A DNA stretch of 64,000 nt from Eledone cirrhosa (lineage: Eukaryota), in the NCBI GenBank assembly GCA_964016885.1, contig OZ024743.1, positions 202,678,001 to 202,742,000 of the forward strand, in the 5' to 3' direction. This document shows, piece by piece, positions 27,767-41,377 of this stretch; position 1 is the stretch's first letter, and every line of letters begins with the position of its first letter. Made by a program: the position numbers and the translations under genes. The notes beneath the pieces are model-generated. The model was not told the DNA's origin. It made no database searches and saw nothing but the letters and a program-made list of their open reading frames with translations.

Positions 27767-28546
27767 TGAGGGAGAGGGAGAGAGGATAGAGAGGGGCGAG
27801 AGAGGAGGAGAGAGTGACATTTATGTGTTATTTGAAAATATGATTCTTTGCCTTTGTAATGTTATCCAAATACTATAGGTTTCCCAGATAATACTTGATT
27901 TTCAATGGATTTGTAAAGTAAATAAGCGAAGGTGAATCTAATATATGTATATATATATGAATTACTGACGTGCTAGCACTATTCATGTATTATTATTCTA
28001 TTTAGTATGCAAAATAAGCTTATATATTTCAACCACTATAGCGTTGGTGAAATAATTAAATTACAATATTTCGCCTGGATTAGGAGATTCAGTGTTTATT
28101 GAGCTTTCACCAATAAATAATTACACTTCTATAAATCTCCATGGTATTTAACGGCAATATTCCATCGGTTACACCAATTTTCACAAATTGGCAGCTGGTT
28201 CGATTAATGAATAGCGCATGAGGCTGCAGTGTTTGTTATTGATTCTGTGTCTTAGTATATGATAAATGTAGGCATATCGGCCAAGGCTGCATGCGATGTT
28301 TGATTAAACTTAATTACATGCACCGGGTAGTCATAAACTCTAGCATTTTTATAACATCTATGCTACGAAAGAAAAACTCCGATCAAGTTATTGAGATTGC
28401 ATGAGTAACTGGTTACAGTTCCTTAAAGTTTCTGTCCACAGCAGTGTAATTTCATGAAGAGATAATCATTTAAGATTCACGAGTAAATTGACTGAAATGT
28501 ATAGGATTGTTCTGTAATACATTTTACCATATTTATACACACACAT

Positions 28547-28603
<57 letters not shown>

Positions 28604-29384
28604 CATATATACTTGTGCTACAAGCTGTTTCCTAATTGATAGCAAAGTCTGTGAATATGTCGCTCTAGTGAGTAAAACAATGATGTAATACGGAAAATGC
28701 ACTAGAGCTTCGTTTGTATCATGTATGATATATATTATATACATATATATACGTGTGTGTGTGATTACGCGTTTGTGAATGTGTAACAACTAATCATTAT
28801 CAGAAATATTATGAAAATTTAGGATCTGAAATGTCGTCGTCCGAATTGATGTGATCATAGTAATTGTAGAAACATATATAATAATAATATACTAGTGAAA
28901 TTATTGTGTACAGTGCTCTGGTGTACTGCATATACAATACATAGAATAATGTATATATGTCAGGAAATTGATCAGTGAATGAGTCATGATATACATGTGA
29001 GAGTGTGTATGGAGGGGGATATCACGTGTAGTGTTGACGATTTTCAGGAAGCCTGGAGGCTTTAAAGGTTCCAGTGTCTTGGAAGCTAATAACAGATGCA
29101 GGGAGTTTGTTCCAATATGAAAGTTGAGAAAAATTGTGTAAAGTACTCCGTTTAAATAGAAAATAAGTAGGAAAAAGACAACAGATGTGAAGACGATGAA
29201 TAAAACAAACATAAGTTCAACTAAGATATAATAATAGTGCACGGGGATGGACAAATTGCAAACAAACGTACTGAATATAGCAGTGATGAATAGCATTGTC
29301 CAAATAAGAACCTGCTAGATGATGGTTATTCTTCTTGTCGTGTCCACAAGAGTGTCAGTTACAAAGATTCGCTAGATGTGGTTC

Positions 29385-29815
29385 CGCCACAGCTAAATAC
29401 ATTGCTGTCATTTCTCATTAAACTCGGCCAAGTCCAATTCTGTGCAGGGGTCTTCCATCAAGGGGCATCCATCAGGGGGAATATAAGGAGGTGCTGCGTA
29501 GTACGATGCCGCAGTCACACACAACGTCCCCATCCTCTAAGTATCCCTATTTTGCAAGTGTGACTTCTACACGGCCAATACCAGATCTTAATCTGTTGAG
29601 GAATTTCCACACTGCACAGTTTGTATCTGGTCGGAGGGGGTGGGTGGGGGTGGGCAGTGTCACGTTCGCCCTTATCTCCATTATTGTTACAGATGAGAGG
29701 TTGTTAAGTTTTTCTTCCCAGCAAGTGACTCTTTCACTACTTATGCTTGATGTTCCAATGGGTGTGGGGCTCTTTAGGAAACTTTTTCCTGGATTTAAGG
29801 CGGCTTTTGCCTGGC
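29385..29815 (-). mobile_element. LINE 3' fragment (Ingi/Vingi-like)
   Basis: KSFL...WKFLNRLRSGIGR..TLAK*GY...VCDCG pattern. Confidence 0.6.
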
Positions 29816-29894
29816 ACATGGCCAAAGAGAGATGACTCTAATATAATCTATTTCTTCAAACAATGATAATTTACAATATTATTGTTATATTTGT

Positions 29895-30082
29895 TGGATT
29901 GGAAGATTTGGTAGAGCGTCGGACACCATGCTTTTCAGTATAGAGTTGCGCCCCTTTACACCCTGAGTTCAAATGCCCCCGATGTTAACTTTCCCTTTTA
30001 TCCTTACATGATCGATAAAATAAAGCACCAGTAATTCACTCGGATAATTGCTGGCCTTGTGCCAAAGGTGGAAACAATTATT
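29895..30082 (+). mobile_element. SINE
   Basis: GGTAGAGCGTCGGACACCATGC, GAGTTCAAATG, GCTGGCCTTGTGCCAAAGG. Confidence 0.8.
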
Positions 30083-30976
30083 TTAATTTGGGATGTGTTG
30101 GGCCACCAAAGCTCTCCATTTTATTGAGGATTTCTGGGATATTATCCACTCACATATTTGGCTTGCTGGCGAAGATTAGTTTTAAAACTTATATGATATA
30201 TGTATCAAATATTATAAGCAGGATATTTACAGATTATAAATAAATATTTGCCACACACATTATAGGCGACGAAATGGCGCGCTAAAGAATGGTATTATCT
30301 TCATAAAGACTGGATTTAGCATATCCAGAAATACGGGTTTTATACCCCTAAGGCCCTCTCCCACGGCTCAGCTTGCATCGTATACGATCTAGGTAATCAT
30401 GGCCACATATACATACACACAAACATACATATATGCATATATACAACTAGTTAGGAAATTACAAGTACAATCCATTAATGGAACAGTAAAAATATGTAAA
30501 ACATTTCAAATATTTTGCATCTAATAACTGCATATACACATATACAGATACAAAGCATATACACATGCACACATACAACTCAAAACATACACATCCACAC
30601 ATACCATAACATCCATATCTACACATGCATGCATACATATCTACCTAGTTGATGTTGTGTAAATTCCAATGAGAGAGTCTTGTGTCTATGTTAGAAACCG
30701 ACTCTCTCTCTATTGGGAAAAAATTTGTGAAATTATAAAACCAGAAGAACATACATATATATATATATGAATATATATATATATGAATATACACAATAAT
30801 GATAAATACACAGATACATGAGAATACACACATATACAAGCATATACACACATAGATCTTTCACAAGTATGTGAGATTGTGTGTTGCCAACCTTAACCGT
30901 TGTTGCTCTATGATTAAGAGGGACAACATAATCGGAATGAATTAAATTGACTCTATATCAGAGCTATATAATACAT

Positions 30977-31150
30977 TATATAATGTATAATGTATTGACG
31001 ATATAACAACTTGAGTGACTTAAGTGTTAATAATGTTGTACGATTCTCTCATGTTCTGTCTCAGTCGTTTTGCAAGATTGATACATTTGATAACTGCTTA
31101 GTTTGAAATCGTAGCTCATTGACTCACTGATGTAACGTCAAATTTAGTAG
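30977..31150. repeat. ~175-bp inverted repeat arm (partner 36421-36593)
   Basis: GTATTGACGATATAACAACTTGAGTGACT...AATTTAGTAG is the near reverse complement of 36421-36593. Confidence 0.85.
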
Positions 31151-31473
31151 CCTAGGTATTAATGCCCCCTCCGTCATTTGTGGCATTCCTCATAGCTATA
31201 AGGGAATTAGATCTGTTTCTTGACCGCTGTATCACGTGATAAATTCCCCCTCCGCCTTCCCGGGATTCTCTCTCGCATGATACGGAACTGTTTTGAAACT
31301 TTATATGAGGTATTCTCTTGATAAGTTGGCAAACCTCACAAGAATACTACATCCCTATGATATAGGATTTTTGCAAAGTAGCCACGAAACTGTACAGTCG
31401 AGAATGTGAAGAAATAATATGTATTTATTTATTCATGTCTAATGTTTCTTCTTTCTTTATAATGTATTATATA

Positions 31474-31564
<91 letters not shown>

Positions 31565-31609
31565 AAATAAATAAATAAGTCAAATATTTAAAATTTGGCT
31601 TCGTTTATT

Positions 31610-31664
31610 ACTGCTATATATATTTTGGTGGCAACCATCTTTGGCTGTGACCTCTTCAGGCAGT
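31610..31664 (-). ncRNA. Family E hammerhead, GAAA->AAAA (likely inactive)
   Basis: Inverted pLTR copy with a CpG-type G12A change. Confidence 0.65.
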
Positions 31665-31877
31665 CCGAATTAGTGTGGTAGAGACGAACCCAAATTTTAA
31701 ATATTTGACTTAATTATTTTATTTTACATTACTCCGGAGTAACCAAACCAACCTGCGCACTTCGTCGAGTGCTCCAATCTGCACACTGAGGTGTCGGTAA
31801 ACAACCAACATATACTCAAAATTTATTTAACTCCTCCACGTGTTGAGCGCTTCAAACAGTAGAGGACTTAAGTCACT

Positions 31878-34529
31878 ATGGAAAAACTGTCAACCTTGGC
31901 GTCACTGAAGGATATCGCCCTACCTGGCAAACGAGAATACATCAGTGATCTCATCAGGAGTACGGTTTCCCTTGATCGTAGGATGAGATGGAAGGAGTTC
32001 CACTTTGAAAGAAGAACGTCTAAAATTACCAACACACAAAACATGGAGTATCTTTTTAGATCAAGGAGGAACCCTCCACACAACAGACTAATGGAGGAGT
32101 TTGAAAACGAGATGATTAACATTATCTCCAACCTCAAATTCTCCGGAAACCCACCCAGAGGTCAGGAGTACCTCAGACACCTGGGAAACCGGATTACAAT
32201 ACGTAAAGAGACAACTAGAATTCTTGTCCATGCAGACAAAACCAACAGCGTCTACAACATGGACATTGAACTGTATAATAAGATAATTCTCAGGGAACTA
32301 AGAAAATGCTACATAAACACACCTGGATTTACCGTGGATGAGATCAACGCCAGTGCTCACAGGATTATATAGAGGACAGGACGGCCCCATACAAACTAAG
32401 GGAGCCGCGGATTACCATCAAAGATCACAAGCCAAACTATGCGTCCGACCTCCTTGTTAGACTAATAGCCGCCTCCAGATCAGACCTAGATATCGTCAGT
32501 AAAAGCATACTAGATAGGGTTTTGCCCAAGCTTCGGAAAAAAACTACATTACAGCAATGGTAATGCACGGGAGATGTAATCGAATGGTTTAAGATACTAC
32601 CTGGGGAAAGTAGGACCAGCTTTATCCAACTGGGTATCGCAGGCTACTGCTCCCCAATCTCACCCATAGTACTCAATAAGGCCCTATTTTTAGTTATGTC
32701 CAATACAGACCTAACCTGAGAGGAGGTGAGCGTCATCCACGCCGCACGAAAGACCTTAATCCGTTTCGATGGAGACTTTTGGACCAGGAGTGATTGGCCA
32801 AATAACTTTGACATCACGATGTGCTCCAGGGACTCCGCACAGGTAACAGACCTGGATGGGCTCCTCCTGCTGAAGCAGATAAAAGATGAAATCCCCTGCC
32901 TGGGTAGCGGATTATATCGTGACGATGCCCTCTTCACAGTCTATGACCACAGCACCACTATGGTGGAGAGAATGAAGAGGCGTATTCGCCATTTCTTTAA
33001 GAACCAGGGGCTCAGTATCGAACTAGACCCAAATAGAAAGGTAGTTAACTTCCTAGACACCACCCTAAGCCTGAACACCGAGCAATACTACTCCTACCAC
33101 AAGCCCAATGAGAAACTTGTGTATGTTAACGCCAAGTCAAACCACTCTAGATCCATAACCAAGGCCGTGGTGAAGAGTGTCTCGGACAGGGTCTCCAACC
33201 TGTCCGCAAATAAGGAAATCTCCCATAGCAACGCAGACTATTACAACGCAGCTCTAGATAAGGCGGCACATGGCCAGGATAGATCACATATTCCGAGGCG
33301 CCGGAATGGGGATGACTCAACGGACACCCCCACTCACGTTGTCGGGATGAGGCGAACCCTAACAATACAGACAGAAAGGAAACAACTAAGCACCATGAGC
33401 CCGACACCACCACATGGGCGAGGGTGACGAGTGCGCATAACCATGGGAGGAAACCCAATATGAGATGCGGTCTCGTGGGTTATAGTAAACACCACGGGCC
33501 CGACACCCCCAACCGAAAGACACGTGGGGGGGGGAACCATCCCATCGTAGAACTCACAGCGCGGGCAACAACCACCCCATAGATTCAGGCCGAGAAGGTA
33601 GCAAAACACATAGCACCCAAAGGGGAAGCAACAATGCGGGAACCACTAGCAACCCACCAACTCCCCAACATCCCTCTGCGCGCTCAATCCACCCCCATAG
33701 GAGTGGACGCAGAAAAATCACATGGTACAACCCACCCTGCTCAGCGGCTCTAAAAAACAGATTGGCCCGCTCATTCTTTGTAGCACTTGATAAATGCTTC
33801 CCGAGGGACCATAGATACCATAAGATCTTCAACAGACACACTGTGAAGCTCTCGTATTCCACCACGAGAAATATGGCCCAGCACATAGCTAGCATCAACA
33901 GGAGTAGACTCAAAAACCACACACAACCAGAAGCTGGCAGAATAAGCACCCAGCAGAACCATGTGGAAGGAAAGAAGGATGGACCGAGTACCCACCCAAG
34001 AAATCCAAACAGACCCAGGGACCCCCACCGGGCCCGGGGGAAGACAACCATATAACAGGTAACGGGAACCCCATACCAGGCACGCAGAGGTCGACCACCT
34101 TCTACAACTGCAGAAACCCCGAATGATGCCACCTTAGTAATGAATGCCTTAGGAAGAACCTAATATACGGATGTAGAGTAAAAAAAACCCAACTCTGAAC
34201 ACCTTTACATAGGCGCCACATCAACGAGCTTTAAAGACCAATGGTATAGCCATCGCCATTCCTTCAATAGGGAGGACAAAAGGAAAAGTACGCCTCTTTC
34301 CGAACTGATCTGGAAGCTTAGGCTGGACAGGACCCCGTACTCTCTGGCCTGGTCCATAATCAGGAAATTGCCCCCTGATAGAGGTAGATTTGGCATCTGC
34401 AAACTATGTCTGAGCGAGACCCTCGAGATACTAAGAGGTGGAAGGAGCCTGATAAACCTCAGGACCGACTTCTTCGGTACATGTAGACACCTCAGGGCCG
34501 GGACCTTCCTCAAGCTATATGGACAGTAA
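31878..34529 (+). pseudogene. Naiad-type PLE RT/GIY-YIG endonuclease, disrupted
   Basis: SLKDIALP..RRMRWK, ADKTNSVY, TIKDHKPN, LYRDDAL, NFLDTTL, SNH, RKITWYNPP, NCR..C.L..EC, LIY...YIGAT, CKLCLSE, CRH; several stops and frameshifts. Confidence 0.9.
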
Positions 34530-34768
34530 CCACACACTGGGATGTGAACTCCCCTCAAGCTATAGGGACTCCTCCAGAACATGTAGACACCTCAGGTACG
34601 GGACCTCTCTCAAGCTATATAGACAGAAACAACACCATAGGTTGGGAACTCCCCTCAAGCTATAGGGACCCATCCGGGACGTGCAGACACCTCAGGGCCT
34701 GGACCTTCCTCAGGCTATATGAATAATAACAAAACATTGGGATGGGAACTTCCCTCTAGCTTTAAGGA
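34479..34768 (+). repeat. 3 x 100-bp tandem repeat spanning the ORF end
   Basis: ACATGTAGACACCTCAGG-like starts at 34479, 34579 and 34679. Confidence 0.9.
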
Positions 34769-35966
34769 CAGCAGCCACAACATACCACTGCCTCGATCGA
34801 CCCCTGTTGCAACACATACTTATGCATATGTCCACACATAGATACTTTTATTTAAGATTGTACATGCACAGATACTTACATGTGTGTGTGCGGGTGGGTG
34901 TGCATGGGCGTGTGTGTGTGTGTATGCGGGTGTGGGTGTGTGGGATTATAATGTGTGTGTGTGTATGGGCATGTGTGTGCGTGTGGGGGGGGGGGGGGCT
35001 TAGGGGATGCAGCTGAGCCTGTGCCTGTGCGTGTATGCTTTGAACGATGTGAGTTGACATACACGCATGGGAGCTCCATGCCAAAATGGGAACTGTAGTC
35101 CTCTGCATTTCCGGATTTTAACACCCGGGTTATTACACTCCACCCTTGTCTCATTTGCTCTTAAAACGCACTGCACCATAATAGTTTAAAGATTGATTCT
35201 GACACAGCCTTTCTAATCTGGTCAAAATCTTCCAAATCTTTCTAACTTTGAGATTGGTTATAACACACACACATCTTATTTTATTCTTTCATTATCTAAT
35301 TTCTTCTACCATTTTATCATTTTTTTGTTTATTTATCTGCTTATCATATTTTATTTTATCTTATTTTATTTTATTTTATTTTATTTTACTCTATTTTACT
35401 TTTTTATTTCTTTATTTTACTCTGATTATTTAGTCTGTTACCTTTTCATTTCATTTTATTGTTCTCTTCATTTTTTTATTTTATTTTCTTCATTTTATTG
35501 CCTTGCATTTTCCCATTTTACTGTATCTTATTTCTTAATATGCTTGGCACAACCCCGCCCCACCCCCCACCACCACCAGGAGAAATGGTGGCTGGAAAGA
35601 TGCCAACACACACACAGAGATTTAGATCCTTCTAAAATTAGCAGCAGCTGGACTTAAGCTGACACCAACACTAACACCACTACCAACATAAGGGAAGAAG
35701 TCAGATATACTTAACAATAACAAAAACAACTACTACAGATTGCCTGGCCTCAGAAAGAATTTCTATAGATTTTTGACTGAGGAATGTTCTCACAACTGAC
35801 CAATGGGAGAGAGGATGTCCTTAGACGCTGAAATTCGTTTGTTTGAAATCATATGATTCCAGTTCCGTAGAGAAATAACAACCTAACCAGGAACTGGGCA
35901 TATCAGAGTATTGACAAAGTTAAACACCTCAACAACATGTGTACCCGTCTCTACACACTAATTCGG

Positions 35967-36021
35967 ACTGCCTGAAGAGGTCACAGCCAAAGATGGCTGT
36001 CACCGAAATATATATAGCAGC
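35967..36021 (+). ncRNA. Type I hammerhead ribozyme (family E)
   Basis: CTGC-CTGAAGA-GGTCACAGCCA aaga TGGCTGTCACC-GAAA-TATATA-TA^GCAG. Confidence 0.88.
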
Positions 36022-36159
36022 AATAAACGAAGCCAGATTTTAAATATTTGACTTATTTATTTTATTTTACATTACTCCGGAGTAAGCAAACCAACCTGCG
36101 CACTTCATCGAGTGCTCCAATGTGCAGACTGAGGTGTCGGTAAACAACCAACATATACT

Positions 36160-36247
<88 letters not shown>

Positions 36248-36639
36248 CTGTGTGTGTGTTGTGTGTGTACACATTCACGCACACTCACATATATACATAT
36301 ATAAACGTATGTGTGTATATTTCTGCATTTGTTTGTGTGTCTTCAAATATACACTTCGGCGCAACATTAATTCCGTTAGAATTGAATTTAGTACATCAAC
36401 CTGCTATACGTATTTCTTATCTACTAAATTTGATGTTACATCAGTGAGTCTATGAGCTACGATTTGAAACTAAGCAGTTATGAAATTTATCAATCTTGCA
36501 AAACGAGTGAGACAGAACATGAGAGAATCGTACAAAATTGTTAACCCTTAGTCACTCAAGTTGTTATATCGTCAATACATTATACATTATATATACATAT
36601 ATATATTATATGTATGTATGTATATATATGACTTATATT

Positions 36640-37042
36640 CATCATGCAGAAACAAAACCTGAATATTTCTACAAAGAACATACCCGTACCTAGCAGGAAG
36701 ACATATCTAAAACTCTTGATACAGAAAACTGATTCGTTCCTTAAAAGGTTGCGTTGGCGTGCCATTTCCGTTCATTGCCAGGGAAGGTCTTCACAAACCA
36801 AAGTATCGTCTTCTTATTTTCGTTCGGTTGCAACGTTTTTCGAAATATTTATTTCTGCGTTCACAGATTGTTCTTTTTAGTTTCAGAAGATACCGTTAAG
36901 GGTGAAAGCAGCGATACTTTGCTTAAACTTTAATCTGTTATTTTAATAAATATTTGCTCTAGGTTCTTATATATTTGATATATATTTATCCTTATCGAGC
37001 CTTCTTTGGATTTTAGTCTTCACATTTATTATTATTACTATA
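36640..37042 (+). mobile_element. Internally deleted family C PLE (ORF N-terminus fused to pLTR)
   Basis: MQKQNLNISTKNIPVPSRKTYLKLLIQKTDSFLKRLRWRA (Naiad N-terminus) joined at ~36762 to sequence matching 10190-10375 plus the tail. Confidence 0.8.
36879..36929 (+). ncRNA. Hammerhead-fold RNA with non-canonical CAGAAGA core (family C)
   Basis: AGTTT-CAGAAGA-TACCGTTAAGGGT-GAAAGCA gcgatactt TGCTT^AAACT; distal stem I extension ACAGATT/AATCTGT. Confidence 0.7.
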
Positions 37043-37062
37043 TCTATATATAAATAGAGACA

Positions 37063-37124
<62 letters not shown>

Positions 37125-37439
37125 GTAGAGAGAGAGAGAGCGAGAGAGGGGGGGGGGGGTGGAAATAACATGGAACATATATTTAAGGGTTTTTTTTTCT
37201 TTGATTCGTCAAGGTGACATTATCGAAATAATGAGAGGGACAATTCTTTTAAAAAAGAGTTATATATATATATATATAAAGAGATGGATGGAGCGAATAG
37301 AAGGTGAGGGAGCAACATATTGAACGAAATAACGAAGTTTGTAATTTAATTCGTTTCTGACAGGTGGTATATTTTTGGGAAGATTCATGGCATCATGAAC
37401 TCATTGACAAGTACAGTGAGACTACGCCCGCACACACAG

Positions 37440-38005
<566 letters not shown>

Positions 38006-39794
38006 AATATGCATATAACTGATATGCAATTTGAGATTGTTAAGTCCTTGCATCAAACGAGGATTTACAAGTCAATCCCTTCATCATCTTGTTATGCCTG
38101 CCATCCACTACTTCCAAATTACACATCTAATCAAATAAAAATATAGTATTAGCAGAATTATTGATTTCGTAATAAAAAAAAAAAAAAAGCAACAGAAGAT
38201 TTGTTGTTAAAACCAAATCCTTTCGTGCATTGAGATCTTAAAACCGGAATTTGTTTATTCAAAGAGTAAATTTAATAATCAATATTTTAGAATGATTAAT
38301 TTATGCTGATATTTACTTTTTTTATCCTTTTAATAATTCTGTCAGCAAACGTTTAAAATAATCCGTAATACAATTTATACCATTCTTTTTGATATGCTTC
38401 GAATGACGTTTCCTTGTTTTCACTAAGAACTTATTGATCTTTCGTGATCTTTCAGCAAAATTTAGGTCTCGAATTTCTTACGGCTAAATTTAAATATGAT
38501 CTTGAAGAAATATTTCTACCAATTATATACAATATGAGGTATTATTGTCATGTTGATATAATTGCTAATGATAGTATACTAAGTGTGCTGTTGTATAGGG
38601 GTATACACGTTTGTACGTAATGGAATGCACTTACGTTGATTTCGATAATGTCTCTTCCAATTGTTTGAACAACGAAAGCGCATGCTCGTGAAATTAACGT
38701 GTATGAGGCTGAGCATTCCATATACACGCGTATCTATAATGTAATTCTCGGGAAGATTCAGAATGACAACTCCCGATGAGCTTTGAAACAGTTGCCTTCT
38801 ACCGAATTTCATTCACAAGATATGGGTTGACCCAAAATTATGGAAAACTCAATTAAATCTGACCCGGAACATAATGATTGTAAATCGGACTTCTTAACCA
38901 CCCAGTCATTGACATCAACTCCAGCCGTGAATCTTCGGGCTGTTATGTTAACTTATTAGTATCATTAGATGTGTTTCCTCCGAGAAATGTTTTATATAGA
39001 GAAGCTTGTATAAAATAACTTCTTGAATGTGTTTCTTGTTCAGCCCGAGATATGACCTTATCAAACAGGTATATGTTGAAAGGCATTGCACCCATAGACT
39101 TTCCAAGTGTATTATCTAGTGTCATTTATCATTTAACCCAACGCTGATGACAGAAGATAAATGCCTTTCGTCTTGATCCTATAAGCATCTTATCGCAGGA
39201 TCCGATGATATTATGCGAAGAGAACCTGCCGAAATTCATGCGGAAACCGCAACGAGTGGCCCAAGACAGGCGATTCTTTTGGAACGGGGCATCATTTGTG
39301 GAATGAAACAATTAGAAAAGAAACATCGTATAATTTAATCCATGATGAAACACTTGAAGCCGTAAGCACGCCATATTTTATTTATCACATATCTATTTCA
39401 TTTAGAAATCCATATGGTGTCATTTGAAGGAAACGCGAGGGCCTCTTCAAAAGAAGAGCTAGAGGTTATCTCGTTATCCCATTTACTCATGGTTCCACAC
39501 ACTACGTACAGTGGTTATCTGGAAGACGGAATATCTTAATAACCGCGGAAAGATAACATATTGGAAAGCATCCAAGTGCCTTCATTTCTACATTTCAAGA
39601 AACTTTAGTCTATCAGCAAAACTATTTTATTTTCTGATTTCGTTCAAAATTCTTGATCATGGGTAAGCTGTAATACGACATTGGCATTCATCAAGGAACT
39701 TCGATTTCCTTGCAATTCTACAATTTCTACTATTAAACTTATTTATTTAAGGAAGTCAACGTGTTTTCATTAGAGGCTGCCATTTTCGTATCAG

Positions 39795-39860
39795 GAATCA
39801 GCAACCAGGTATCTCATATGTTGCATAACTGCAACATATGAGATAGCTGGTAGCTGATTC
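39795..39860. repeat. 66-nt hairpin (31-bp arms, 2 mismatches, 4-nt loop)
   Basis: GAATCAGCAACCAGGTATCTCATATGTTGCA-taac-TGCAACATATGAGATAGCTGGTAGCTGATTC. Confidence 0.9.
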
Positions 39861-40722
39861 TATTCTTGACATTGTCGGTTTATTCTACGAATTGTAAAGT
39901 CTTCATTTCATATACATTTCTCATTAGAGCTAGTTAGTTCTAAAGATATAACCGTCATCAAAAAAGTAAATGGAGGAATCATTATTGCTCGGAAGGTATC
40001 ACATATTTAATTTAATTAGTTGGGTTGGATCTATTAAATGTTAAATATACAGACAGGAACGTTGAACTATTTAATTGCTTTAGATATCAATTATGAAGGA
40101 TAATAATTATGGTTAAACACACGTCTGTCCAATAAATTTTAAGCTAAAACCAATACGAGAAAATAATATCGATGTCAAAGCAAATGGAGTAAGAAAGAAT
40201 ATTATGAACAATATTATTCATCGTAATGTTTTCTCAGTTTCAGTTCTTGTAATACGGCCAAGCTGGTGCACCACATAAGTGCATCAACCGATCATAACGA
40301 CTGCAGTATTATATTAATCAATTATATATTCTAACGATATGTATTTCATCTATATTTTGTTATAAACGGAGCTAACTTGACATTTCAAACGGGAGTATCT
40401 AAATCAGTTGCAATCGTTAATACAGTGGTTGCCAGCCAATGTTTCAAACATTACACAACTCATCAAATATTAAAGTAACACCAAGAAGAAGAAGAAGAAG
40501 AAGAAGTAGTGTCTGCCTAGTGTGAGGCGAACATCAATAATGGGAAACTGATGGTTGATGCTGTATACCCACTTTACCATTTATTATAATATATTACCTC
40601 TGTGTTTGCTTATTGAGGGATTCTTCTTTCGTAATTACAAGTTCATACGCAGGGCATGATATGTATATAAATAAACACAAACACACACACACAGTTATAT
40701 CATATATACATATCTATACATA

Positions 40723-40824
<102 letters not shown>

Positions 40825-40882
40825 CATATATATATACATATATATATATGTATATATATATATATACATATATATATAAACA

Positions 40883-40938
<56 letters not shown>

Positions 40939-40950
40939 TACATATATATA

Positions 40951-40984
<34 letters not shown>

Positions 40985-40990
<6 letters not shown>

Positions 40991-41155
40991 TAAAATAACA
41001 GATTAAAGTTTAAGCAAAGAATCACTGCTTTCACCCTTAACGGGATCTTCTGAAACTAACAAATAATAAATATTTGCTCTACGGTTCTTATATATTTGAT
41101 ATATATTTTCCTTATCGAGCCCTCTTTGGATTTTAGTCTTCAATTTTATTATTAT

Positions 41156-41160
<5 letters not shown>
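40985..41160. mobile_element. 175-bp family C mini-insertion: inverted ribozyme segment plus direct tail
   Basis: 40985-41058 is the reverse complement of 36878-36953; 41063-41160 matches 36945-37042; (TA)n flanks. Confidence 0.85.
41007..41057 (-). ncRNA. Family C hammerhead-fold RNA (CAGAAGA core)
   Basis: AGTTT-CAGAAGA-TCCCGTTAAGGGT-GAAAGCA gtgattctt TGCTT^AAACT. Confidence 0.7.
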
Positions 41161-41222
<62 letters not shown>

Positions 41223-41231
41223 AATACACAC

Positions 41232-41338
<107 letters not shown>

Positions 41339-41339
41339 A

Positions 41340-41377
<38 letters not shown>

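Larger units (their letters stand above)
31559..36162 (+). mobile_element. Near full-length Naiad-type Penelope-like element (family E) with inverted 5' pLTR piece, in (TA)n
   Basis: 31559-31686 is an inverted pLTR. 31690-31819 directly repeats 36033-36162. An RT + GIY-YIG ORF lies between, with a 3' pLTR carrying a hammerhead. Confidence 0.92.

Noticed and set aside
28901-29296. 131-aa hydrophobic ORF
   Set aside because: Explained by T-rich composition; no domain features
34120-34130. In-frame TGA in the family E Zn-finger region as selenocysteine
   Set aside because: Not at a Cys position; consistent with CGA->TGA decay
34479-34768. Regularly spaced repeats as a CRISPR-like array
   Set aside because: Whole 100-bp units are homologous, there are no unique spacers, and the context is a eukaryotic TE
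38570-39780. Short ORFs as host exons or a decayed transposase/integrase
   Set aside because: No recognisable motif or consistent splice pattern; needs a profile search
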